Positions 1 through 9,879 of a stretch of DNA of 64,000 nucleotides are shown piece by piece. How positions within the stretch are numbered: position 1 is the stretch's first letter; each line of letters begins with the position of its first letter. Origin of the DNA: Bacilli bacterium (GTDB lineage Bacteria; Bacillota_I; Bacilli_A; RFN20; CAG-826); NCBI GenBank assembly GCA_017447305.1, contig JAFSNY010000042.1, positions 8,435 through 72,434 of the forward strand, read 5' to 3'. Position numbers and translations under genes: made by a program. The notes under the pieces are model-generated. The model was not told the origin of the DNA. It saw nothing but the letters and a program-made list of their open reading frames with translations, and did not search any database.

Positions 1-59
1 GCTTAAGTTATATGCTTTTAAATTATCGTTTAATTTTATAACCTACAAACTTTAGAATT

Positions 60-506
60 TTATAAGAATATTTCCACGATTTTGGCGATTTTAGAATATA
101 GGTCTATTTCTTCTTTAAAATCATGGACAAATGGGAGGTCAACATCAAGAATCGCGACAATATTATCATCTTTATATAAAGGAAGACATATTTCTGATTT
201 AGCTTTTTCATCACAGCAAATATAGTTTTCAATCTTACTTACATCATTTACATAAATTACTTCTTTGTTAGCGAATGATGTTCCCACGACTCCTTTTCCG
301 ATTTTGATAATCTCGCATGCAGGAGTGCCTTGGAAAGATGAAAGAATTAATTTGCCTTCAACAAAACGATATATCCCAACCCAACTATCTTTCCCGAGAT
401 TTTGATGGATAAAAGACAAGATATTTCCAAGATGAGCTTCCTTAAGGAATTCGTCTTTTTCGTATCCTTTGATCGCTAATAGGATATTTTCTAAAATTTC
501 TTTCAT
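60..506 (-). CDS. GAF-domain protein, free methionine-(R)-sulfoxide reductase-like
   Basis: 148-aa ORF. The single GAF fold carries a conserved Cys-containing segment (..ACEIIKIGKGVVG..) typical of the fRMsr/YtsP-like GAF family. Confidence 0.55.
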   Translation of the reverse strand: MKEILENILLAIKGYEKDEFLKEAHLGNILSFIHQNLGKDSWVGIYRFVEGKLILSSFQGTPACEIIKIGKGVVGTSFANKEVIYVNDVSKIENYICCDEKAKSEICLPLYKDDNIVAILDVDLPFVHDFKEEIDLYSKIAKIVEIFL

Positions 507-606
507 TTTCTTTTATTTCACCATTTTTTAAGAGATTTTTTCGAAATATTCATTCAAGTTTGTCGTTTTCTCTCTCTTAAAAACACTCTTATTATTGCAC
601 TTTTTT

Positions 607-631
607 GAGTAAAAATATGTATTTTTTACTC
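607..631. promoter_or_regulatory. Perfect 9-bp inverted repeat (GAGTAAAAA-n7-TTTTTACTC) overlapping the -35 region of the eno promoter; candidate operator
   Basis: The two arms are exact reverse complements. The repeat ends about 10 nt upstream of the TATAAT at 642-647. Confidence 0.3.
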
Positions 632-649
632 TCATATCGTTTATAATGA

Positions 650-1978
<1,329 letters not shown>

Positions 1979-1995
1979 TTAATTACTATGTAATT

Positions 1996-2026
1996 AAAAC
2001 GACCCATTGTTTGGGTCGTTTTTTTG
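1996..2026. terminator. Rho-independent terminator shared by convergent eno (+) and the minus-strand lipoprotein gene
   Basis: GC-rich hairpin (GACCCA-ttgt-TTGGGTC) followed by a run of seven T, beginning 18 nt after the eno stop codon. Confidence 0.6.
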
Positions 2027-2038
2027 TTATCTTATTTA

Positions 2039-4078
2039 TTAATATAAATTAAAGCTTGTCGAGAACATTTCTAAGCTTGAATCAAAGTCACTGCTATAAA
2101 TGCTCTTTCCTTTGTTATAGCCATTATCAATCAGCCATTCTCTTAATAAAATTCGATAATTGTCAGAACATAAGAGACTAACATAATTTCCTTTATTATC
2201 TGGGAAATAATCGAAATATCTCGATGAGTTAGTGTGGAAGGCAAGATAATCTAAACAGGCGATTTTGTATGTTTTTGAAGTATCGATATTTCCGTCAAAT
2301 GATGGATGACGGCAAATGCGATTATATTGCATAATCTCGTTTTGAATTTCATATCCACTGACTTCAATAATATAAATGAGATTATCAAATGGGAACGAAT
2401 CATATAAATTCGCATAGGTCCATTGATTATATGGGAGGTACGATCTCGCGTTATTGCAGTATGAGAGAATGACATCATTCATCCCTTCTTCCACGACTTT
2501 ATCCATGATGGCTTTGCACATGACATTAACGGATTTATTATTTTTGTCAAAATAACCACTGACATTATTTGCTACAACAACATTTGCTTCATCTTCGCAG
2601 TCTTCGACTGCGTCACTAACGAGTTGATGGATTGTTGGATCGATAGAAGGTACTCTATTTTTAACTGCTGTGGAAGATAGTGATTCATATTCAGTATTAG
2701 TAACTTCGTTAGATGAAGCGTTATATGTTAAGGTGATATGACCGATTTGTTGGTTATTGCACCCGAACTGAGCAAATAACACTCCATTTTCCGTAGAATA
2801 TTCTTCTCTATGAGTATGCGCGCATAAGACTAAGTCAACATAACGACCTAATTCATTTTCTAATAAATCTTCTTCTCCGCAGTGACAAGAGGCGATAACA
2901 ACGTGACACCCATCTTCATCTCTAAGTCTTGTCGCTTCATCTTTGATGGCTTTGATATGGTTTTTAAAGCATACATCCATCGTATACATCGAAGAGATGG
3001 AAGAGATTTGATTTCCTCCGATGACTCCAACTACTCCGACTTTCACTCCGCTTTCGAGAGTGTACGACACACTCTTTTGACAGAGATCACTTCTAAATAC
3101 ATCACTTTCGATTTTTCTGTCGAAGTCATAATCATATACATTCGCTCCTAAAACAGGGATGCGATAATCATCATATTCTCTTGTTGTGTTATCTTGGATT
3201 TTTTCTATTCCCCAGTCAAAGTCATGATTTCCGAGGGTTCTTGCGTCAAGCCTAGCGTAACACATGACATCATTGATGAGATGTCCGTGGTTGATATTAG
3301 AATAAATAGATCCTTGCCAGGTATCACCCTGATCAAGGGTAAGAGTGTTATATTCTTTCCCTTTTTCTTTCATGAAGGTTCCATAATACTCTAATCCCAT
3401 AGATGAGCCATCTTCTAAAACATGACCATGGAAATCATTTGATGCATATATTTCAATCGTATGAGTGCCACTAAGTGGTTCTGACTCACTTTCTTCTATA
3501 GAAGACTCTTCAGAAACAGGAAGGCTTTCTTCTTCCGACTCCACGATTGATTCTTCTTCGGATTCAATTATTGACTCTTCTTCACTTGGAAGGAGTGATT
3601 CTTCAGATTCTTCAGGAATGGATTCTTCTTCACTTTCAATGGCACTCTCTTCTTCGCTTGGGAAAAGGCTTTCTTCTTCTGACACTGAAACAGGGTTTGA
3701 TTCTTCTTCTGATTCTATTTCAGATGGAACGATAGATCCCTCTTCAGATAAAGGTATTTCTTCTTCACTTTTGGATTCTAGAAGTGATTCTTCAATAGAA
3801 GATTCTGTGCTTTCTACACTAGACTCTATTGGTTCACTTTCTTCTTCGGAAGGTAAAACGGATTCTTCTTCGATACTTGATTCAAGTGAAAGTGATTCCT
3901 CTTCGGAAGGAATGATTGATTCTATTTCAGATTCTTCAGAGATAATTAAAGGTGTGCTTTCTTCTAAGGAAGATTCTTTATCACTATGAGAAGAGTTTGG
4001 TCGATATAAAGAGCACGATGAAAGAAGGATCAAAGATAAAACACTAAAGGAAAGGATGTTGCTAAATCTTTTTTTCAT
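2039..4078 (-). CDS. Lipoprotein of the metallophosphoesterase / 5'-nucleotidase (2',3'-cyclic phosphodiesterase) family, with an acidic SEEES-type linker
   Basis: A lipobox is present (LLSSC↓S). About 200 aa of Ser/Glu-rich low complexity follow. The catalytic region has calcineurin-like motifs (NDFHGH, GNHDFDWG) and a C-terminal 5'-nucleotidase-like region. Confidence 0.7.
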   Translation of the reverse strand: MKKRFSNILSFSVLSLILLSSCSLYRPNSSHSDKESSLEESTPLIISEESEIESIIPSEEESLSLESSIEEESVLPSEEESEPIESSVESTESSIEESLLESKSEEEIPLSEEGSIVPSEIESEEESNPVSVSEEESLFPSEEESAIESEEESIPEESEESLLPSEEESIIESEEESIVESEEESLPVSEESSIEESESEPLSGTHTIEIYASNDFHGHVLEDGSSMGLEYYGTFMKEKGKEYNTLTLDQGDTWQGSIYSNINHGHLINDVMCYARLDARTLGNHDFDWGIEKIQDNTTREYDDYRIPVLGANVYDYDFDRKIESDVFRSDLCQKSVSYTLESGVKVGVVGVIGGNQISSISSMYTMDVCFKNHIKAIKDEATRLRDEDGCHVVIASCHCGEEDLLENELGRYVDLVLCAHTHREEYSTENGVLFAQFGCNNQQIGHITLTYNASSNEVTNTEYESLSSTAVKNRVPSIDPTIHQLVSDAVEDCEDEANVVVANNVSGYFDKNNKSVNVMCKAIMDKVVEEGMNDVILSYCNNARSYLPYNQWTYANLYDSFPFDNLIYIIEVSGYEIQNEIMQYNRICRHPSFDGNIDTSKTYKIACLDYLAFHTNSSRYFDYFPDNKGNYVSLLCSDNYRILLREWLIDNGYNKGKSIYSSDFDSSLEMFSTSFNLY

Positions 4079-4080
4079 AA

Positions 4081-6288
4081 TTAGAAGGTAACGAGACTAT
4101 CCTTTCTCTTTTCATCTTCGGTAAGTTCTTCATAAGGAACGATATCGTGATGTTTTTTGCCTAAATCGTTACGGGATGATTTGTTATTAGAGCCAGAATA
4201 GATATAACCCTTACTTCTCATCCAAGCATTCCACCTCTTATGTTCTAAGAGTTCGATGACTTTCTTTTCATAGTCGCTTCTTTCTGCTTGAGGCTTATCG
4301 GTGCCAGGAATGCGACAATGAATCTTCGCACGTCTATGAATCACCGTTGCGCATGAAGATAAGTAATTATATTCGTACATATAGAACTCAAAGATAGCAG
4401 TTTCCACTTCTGCACGTGTCTTGGAGTATTCGACATGCGCACGTTTTGCTTCTTCTTCAAGTTCGGAGCCTAAGATGGATGCGACGGAATAAGCTTCTTC
4501 GTCATCACCAATGAAGGTGATGTCGTATGGTTGTTTCTTGTGGTTGATGGCGTCTAAAGTGATATCATCACTTGTATCTTGGACAATCGCATTAATGATT
4601 GGATGGAGTCCGTTTCTTTCAAATTGGACGCGGAGTTCAATCGCTGCTTCAATATTGAAGTCATCACCGCCTAAGCAAGTAAAGGCTAAAGATGCATCTT
4701 TAATTTCTGCGAGACGTTTATTGAATTCTTTCGTTTTAATTGGAACACCAGAATGGATGGTAATGTCATATTGAGCATCACCTGGAATAATCTTTTTATT
4801 ATGTTTTTCATCCATGAGTTCAGGACAGAGTCCAGAGAATTTTTCCAAAGCGAGAGGATCACTATCAAAAGCATTAATCTTTAAATAATATCCATCCATT
4901 TGGCAGTACCAGGCAAGAGCCTCTAATAACTGAGTGCCATACATACCTAAACCAACGATGACGATGGAGATAATTTTCTTTCCATCTTTGGTTTCGTATT
5001 TGATATTATCGAAAATCTTTGTTCCTTCGTTATATAGATAACGATATATGAAGAATGTATCGATAGTAACACGTCTTCTTTGAACGCGACATACTTCTTG
5101 ACTTTCATCATCATGATATGGTTTTAAGTGATTGAGGGCTAGTTCACTAGCGGGACTTGTGGAGAAGAGATATAAGGATACATCTTCCCTCTCTTTAAGC
5201 ATCTTAAATAAATCGTAATAATGACGGATATTATCATTTGGCATGGTATGCATGAAGAATAAGGATAATCTTCTTCTTGATTCAGGTGGAATATAATCCG
5301 CGGGTTGATAATCTTTTCTTGTACGATCGATGACACTTAAGAATTCATTAAGTTCTTCATCAACTTGTTTGATGGATAAAGCTCCTTCAACCGCTGCGAC
5401 GAAAGCGTCATATTTTTCTTTAGCGGTGTCTTCATGGAGTTCATGATTTTTTCTAAGATCGTTAAGGAAATTAGTTCCTTCTTCAAGAGCTTTTTTCTTT
5501 CTTGATTCAAGAAGTTCAGGGGTTTCAACGACACTATTTTCTTTCTTTTCATCTTTGATGATTTTGACATTGTTGTTTTTCTTACCAAAATTAATGGAGG
5601 TAATTTCTTTAGCAAAAAGAATGGCGTCGATTTCGTTAGCGCGATCGACTAAATCAGAGTCCTCATCTTCTTCCTTTTGATTGACTTCACAAAAGATAAT
5701 GGCGATTTTTTGTTTTTTCTTTTTTTCTTTGTTTTCTTGATAGATAGATTCTGCTAAGAGGATAGATTTACGGTTTAATTCTGAGAAACAATAAACACTG
5801 TAGTTCTTGCTTCTAATACAGCGACGGAGACGAAGTCTCACCCAGAAGCCACGAATGATGGTTGCAATGAAAGCAAATGTTAGTAATGGCGCGGATACAT
5901 AGATAAGAATGCTAACTGCATAATAAAAATATCCAAACCACGACCAGCTATCTTCTTGACGGATGATATCTTCGACGACATGTTGGACTGGTTCGAAGTC
6001 TCCATCGAGAATGAATAATCTAAAACTATTATGGAGAGAGAAACCAATCGTTTCTATGACACCCATGAAAATTCTTCCTGGACGACCTCCAACATCTTCT
6101 TTAAAGAAATCATTCCAATATATTGGAACAAACATTGTAATGGCCGCGAGGATTAAGCCGGCACCAAAAATATAAACAGCGTATGATTTATGCTTCTTGT
6201 TTCTTTTTAAAAAGCGAATAGCGAATATTCCAGCTGTTAAAAATACAAGAAGCGCGATAATTGCGGAAGAAAAAATAAACCAAATCAT
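4081..6288 (-). CDS. Multi-pass membrane protein with a Rossmann-like NAD(P)-binding-type domain and a C-terminal RyR (ryanodine-receptor) domain
   Basis: Three to four N-terminal transmembrane helices are followed by a GxGxxG-like VIVGLGMYG segment. The C-terminus (EHKRWNAWMRSKGYIYSG...IVPYEELTEDEKRKD) matches the RyR-domain pattern. The gene ends 2 nt before the start of the downstream lipoprotein gene, so it is likely operonic with it. Confidence 0.55.
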   Translation of the reverse strand: MIWFIFSSAIIALLVFLTAGIFAIRFLKRNKKHKSYAVYIFGAGLILAAITMFVPIYWNDFFKEDVGGRPGRIFMGVIETIGFSLHNSFRLFILDGDFEPVQHVVEDIIRQEDSWSWFGYFYYAVSILIYVSAPLLTFAFIATIIRGFWVRLRLRRCIRSKNYSVYCFSELNRKSILLAESIYQENKEKKKKQKIAIIFCEVNQKEEDEDSDLVDRANEIDAILFAKEITSINFGKKNNNVKIIKDEKKENSVVETPELLESRKKKALEEGTNFLNDLRKNHELHEDTAKEKYDAFVAAVEGALSIKQVDEELNEFLSVIDRTRKDYQPADYIPPESRRRLSLFFMHTMPNDNIRHYYDLFKMLKEREDVSLYLFSTSPASELALNHLKPYHDDESQEVCRVQRRRVTIDTFFIYRYLYNEGTKIFDNIKYETKDGKKIISIVIVGLGMYGTQLLEALAWYCQMDGYYLKINAFDSDPLALEKFSGLCPELMDEKHNKKIIPGDAQYDITIHSGVPIKTKEFNKRLAEIKDASLAFTCLGGDDFNIEAAIELRVQFERNGLHPIINAIVQDTSDDITLDAINHKKQPYDITFIGDDEEAYSVASILGSELEEEAKRAHVEYSKTRAEVETAIFEFYMYEYNYLSSCATVIHRRAKIHCRIPGTDKPQAERSDYEKKVIELLEHKRWNAWMRSKGYIYSGSNNKSSRNDLGKKHHDIVPYEELTEDEKRKDSLVTF

Positions 6289-6359
6289 CTTTTATTACCT
6301 CTTTGTTGATGTTTTTATTTTATAACAAAAACATAGGTGATACATACCTTTATTTGATG

Positions 6360-6393
6360 TAAAGAAAAGAGATGTCCAATTTAGAACATCTCT
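6360..6393 (-). terminator. Rho-independent terminator downstream of htpG
   Basis: 8-bp stem AGAGATGT/ACATCTCT followed by a T-rich run on the minus strand. Confidence 0.5.
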
Positions 6394-6400
6394 TCACATA

Positions 6401-8329
6401 TTATTTATTTAACGCAAGAGCGATTAGTTCATTGATATCTTGGATGAATTCCAGTTTATCAAATTTATCATATCCTTCTAAGAGGAGAGCTTCCGCATAA
6501 AGAATTGAAGCATACTTCTTAACCATTTCATCATCATTTTCAATATTTGTGAAGGCGATAAAGAGAGGGTGGCCTGGATTAAGTTCAAGAACCTTGGATG
6601 ATTTAACTTTTTCTCCATCCACTTCTTGTTCGTTAAGGGTCTTTTCCATCTCTAAGGAGAGGCCTTCTTTTGTCGAAATACATACAGGTGCGTCCACGAG
6701 CTTAGAGGAGATGATAACATCATCAACATTATCCTTCAATGCCTCTTTTAAGGTATCGATGAGACGACGGTGAGTCACTGTGACATTTTCGACTTTTTCT
6801 TTCTCTTCTTCACTCGATTCATTGACGTCATCTGAGGAGACGGATTTGAAAGCTTTCTTATCATATTCTCCAAGCATCATCACCGCGAATTCATCGATCT
6901 TTTGGTCGAGGAGAAGGACGTCGATTTCTTTCTTTTTATATTTCTCTAATTGAGGGAGAAGTCTAATTGAAGCGAGATTACTACCAGAAATATAATAGAT
7001 ATCTTTTTGGTCTTTTTTCATCGCCTCAACATATTCTTTTAAGGAGATATAAGCATCATCTTTAAGAAGTGAATGGAACACTAATACATCTTGTAATAAA
7101 TCTTTCTTTTGTCCATATGTTGAATAGATTCCGTATTTGATATGCTCTCCAAAATTCTTCCAGAACTTCTCAAATTTTTCTTTGTCGTTATCCTTCAATT
7201 CCTTGATTCTCGCGACGATTTTCTTTTCTAGGTTCTCCGCGATCACTTTTAAGATTGGGGAAGATTGTAAGATTTCACGGGAGATATTGAGATTAAAAGC
7301 GTCGGAATCCACGACTCCTTTAACGAACTTCAAATAATCAGGAATGAGCTCTGGGCATTTCTCTTTGATGAATACTTCTTTAGAGTATAATGCGAGTCCT
7401 TTTTCATAATTATCACTATAGAGGTTATATGGCTGGTGAGATGGAATAAACACTAACGCGCGGTAGTTAACTTTACCTTCGATATCGAGACGAATCGATA
7501 ATAAAGGATCTTCATAATCTTGGAATTTAGATTTATAGAAATCGTTAAGTTCCTCTTCAGTAACTTCACTCTTATTTTTCTTCCAAATTGGGACCATGGA
7601 ATTGAGGGTTTCATCTTCGATTATCTCATCATATTTACCTTCAATTTCCTTGCCATCTTTATCTAATTTAGGCTTACTTTTCTTAACCTTCATTTTGATT
7701 GGATAACGAATGTAATCTGAATACTTTTTGACAAGTTCACGAATCTTATATTCTTCTAAATAGGCATCGAAATTTTCATCTTTATCTTTCTTTAGATAGA
7801 TGATGATATCACTTCCGTGACCTTCTCTTTTGCTTTCTTCAATCGTGTAAGAATCTTTACCATCACTAGTGAATTTGTATGCTTCTTGATTGTGTTTTTT
7901 GGTGATGACTTCGACTTTAGACGCCACCATAAAAGCGCTATAGAAACCAACACCAAATTGGCCGATGATATCGATGTCCTTACTTTCTTTAGCTTCTTTA
8001 AACTTTTTGATGAAATCTTTTGATCCACTTCTAGCGATTGTGCCTAAGTTTGAGGTGATTTCATCTTTATCCATTCCTATTCCATTATCGGAGATGGTGA
8101 TTGTTCTTTTCTTTTTATCGATAGAGATTCTAATTTCACCATCATCAATTGGTAATTCTCCTTTACTATTGACGGAGAGATAACGATATTTATCAATCGC
8201 ATCAGAGGCATTAGAAATCATTTCTCTTAAAAATACTTCATGGTTTGAGTAAATGGAGTTGACCATCAAGTTTAAAAGTTCTTTACTTTCCGTTTCGAAT
8301 TGTTTTGTTTCTTTCATTTTAGATAACAC
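6401..8329 (-). CDS. htpG: Molecular chaperone HtpG (Hsp90)
   Basis: The 642-aa ORF carries the Hsp90 N-terminal ATPase signature (NHEVFLREMISNASDAIDK) and Hsp90-like sequence to the C-terminus. Confidence 0.95.
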   Translation of the reverse strand: MLSKMKETKQFETESKELLNLMVNSIYSNHEVFLREMISNASDAIDKYRYLSVNSKGELPIDDGEIRISIDKKKRTITISDNGIGMDKDEITSNLGTIARSGSKDFIKKFKEAKESKDIDIIGQFGVGFYSAFMVASKVEVITKKHNQEAYKFTSDGKDSYTIEESKREGHGSDIIIYLKKDKDENFDAYLEEYKIRELVKKYSDYIRYPIKMKVKKSKPKLDKDGKEIEGKYDEIIEDETLNSMVPIWKKNKSEVTEEELNDFYKSKFQDYEDPLLSIRLDIEGKVNYRALVFIPSHQPYNLYSDNYEKGLALYSKEVFIKEKCPELIPDYLKFVKGVVDSDAFNLNISREILQSSPILKVIAENLEKKIVARIKELKDNDKEKFEKFWKNFGEHIKYGIYSTYGQKKDLLQDVLVFHSLLKDDAYISLKEYVEAMKKDQKDIYYISGSNLASIRLLPQLEKYKKKEIDVLLLDQKIDEFAVMMLGEYDKKAFKSVSSDDVNESSEEEKEKVENVTVTHRRLIDTLKEALKDNVDDVIISSKLVDAPVCISTKEGLSLEMEKTLNEQEVDGEKVKSSKVLELNPGHPLFIAFTNIENDDEMVKKYASILYAEALLLEGYDKFDKLEFIQDINELIALALNK

Positions 8330-8375
8330 TCCTCGATACTCTATTTCGTATCAGCGACTATATTGTAAATCCTTG

Positions 8376-8402
8376 TTAGCACTCTGTCAATGAGATTGCT
8401 AA
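8376..8402. promoter_or_regulatory. CIRCE-like inverted repeat (HrcA operator) in the htpG upstream region
   Basis: TTAGCACTC-N9-GATTGCTAA matches the CIRCE consensus TTAGCACTC-N9-GAGTGCTAA at 17 of 18 positions. It lies 47 nt upstream of the htpG start. Confidence 0.6.
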
Positions 8403-8419
8403 AAATTGTGTATTTTCTT

Positions 8420-8451
8420 TTAAAGAAAAAGAGGGTCCGATTTGGACCCTC
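8420..8451 (-). terminator. Rho-independent terminator after nagB
   Basis: Hairpin GAGGGTCC-gattt-GGACCCTC followed by TTTTTCTTT on the minus strand. Confidence 0.55.
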
Positions 8452-8468
8452 AAATAGTGTTTTCTCTC

Positions 8469-9191
8469 TTATTTAACCAAGCTATAAGCATCTTCATCGA
8501 CATAGATTGTGCAATCTGGATGGTCTTGAAGAATGGAGCATGGGACATCTTCAGTTTTTGGTCCGAGGAGTAAATCACGGATGGCTTTAGCTTTGTTTTT
8601 ACCAGTGGCGATTAAGACAATCTTTTTCGCATTCATAATGCTCTTAAGACCCATGGTGACCGCTTTGGTAGGAACTTCAGAGATATCGTTGAACAAACGG
8701 GAGTTATCTCTAATTGTGCTTTCGGTAAGTTCAGCGATATGAGTTAAGGAATCAAATGGTGTGCCTGGTTCGTTAAAGGCGATATGTCCATCACTACCAA
8801 TACCTAAGATTTGTAAGTCAATTCCACCAAAGGAAGCGATTTCGTCATCATATTGATTCATATATTCGATATAGTTACCAACGCCTTTTAAGACGTGGGT
8901 TTTACTCTTATCGATGTCAATATGATCGAAGAGGTTATCGTTCATAAAGTAACGATATGATTGATTGTGAGTTCCTTCTAAGCCAACATATTCATCAAGG
9001 TTAAAAGTCGCAACATCTTTAAATGTGACTTTTCCTTCTTTGTTAGCTTTCACTAAATTGGCGTACACCTTTAAAGGTGAGGTACCAGTCGCTAAGCCTA
9101 AAACGGAATTTGGTTTAGCGTTAACTTGTTTGATAAATTCATCAGCGATTAAACGGCTGATCATGTCTTCATTTCCAACGACGAGTTTCAT
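8469..9191 (-). CDS. nagB: Glucosamine-6-phosphate deaminase
   Basis: 240 aa with the NagB/6-phosphogluconolactonase fold signature (GLATGTSP...). Confidence 0.9.
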   Translation of the reverse strand: MKLVVGNEDMISRLIADEFIKQVNAKPNSVLGLATGTSPLKVYANLVKANKEGKVTFKDVATFNLDEYVGLEGTHNQSYRYFMNDNLFDHIDIDKSKTHVLKGVGNYIEYMNQYDDEIASFGGIDLQILGIGSDGHIAFNEPGTPFDSLTHIAELTESTIRDNSRLFNDISEVPTKAVTMGLKSIMNAKKIVLIATGKNKAKAIRDLLLGPKTEDVPCSILQDHPDCTIYVDEDAYSLVK

Positions 9192-9198
9192 GAAATAA

Positions 9199-9879
9199 TT
9201 ACCTTTCTTCTTTATTTACAACAACGTTATTTTGTTTGACAATTGAATTTTCTGGGTAGCATCCTCTTAAGAATGAAAGAGGATAAACTTGAGTGTGTTT
9301 TCCAACAACGGTTCCTGGATTAAGGACGCTTCCACATCCAATATCAGCATAATCTCCTAAGATTCCACCGATTTTACGGAGTCCGGTTTCATAATCCTTA
9401 TCACCATGGATGACGATGTTTTTACCATCGCTTTTAAGATTGGAACAAATTGATCCAGCACCCATATGGGAATGACTTCCTAAGATGGAGTCACCAACAT
9501 AATTATAATGTGGGACTTGAACGTGATAGAGAAGGATGCAGTTTTTTAATTCTGAAGAATTGCCAACGACACAATTTTCTCCAATAATGACATTTCCTCT
9601 AAGGAAAGCGCCTGGTCTAAGTTCAGTTCCACTTCCGATAATCGCTGGAGCTTCGATGGTGACAGTTTTCGCCATCTTGACATTTTCTCCAACGAAGATA
9701 CCTGGTTCGATTTCCTTATATCCTTTTAAACCATTAGCGATTTCTCTTTTAATGATTTCTTTGATTTTTGGGAGAAGTTCCCATGGATATGTGGCTTTTT
9801 CGAAGTCTTCTTTCAAGAAGGAGATTGGGCATTCTTCGAATAATTCTTTAGTTAAGATATTGTACTTATTCACAGACAT
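9199..9879 (-). CDS. Left-handed beta-helix (hexapeptide-repeat) acetyltransferase, resembling the GlmU C-terminal domain; possible sugar-1-phosphate N-acetyltransferase
   Basis: Hexapeptide repeats run throughout. I trimmed the start to the internal ATG at 9879, which has an AAAGAGAGG RBS and abuts the glmM stop. The 9981 start given in the ORF track would overlap glmM by 115 nt. Confidence 0.6.
   Translation of the reverse strand: MSVNKYNILTKELFEECPISFLKEDFEKATYPWELLPKIKEIIKREIANGLKGYKEIEPGIFVGENVKMAKTVTIEAPAIIGSGTELRPGAFLRGNVIIGENCVVGNSSELKNCILLYHVQVPHYNYVGDSILGSHSHMGAGSICSNLKSDGKNIVIHGDKDYETGLRKIGGILGDYADIGCGSVLNPGTVVGKHTQVYPLSFLRGCYPENSIVKQNNVVVNKEER

Noticed and set aside
3465-3989. 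174-aa Ser-rich ORF on the plus strand
   Set aside because: It is an antisense reading of the GAA/GAG-rich acidic linker of the minus-strand lipoprotein gene (TTC read as Ser). It is low complexity with no start context.
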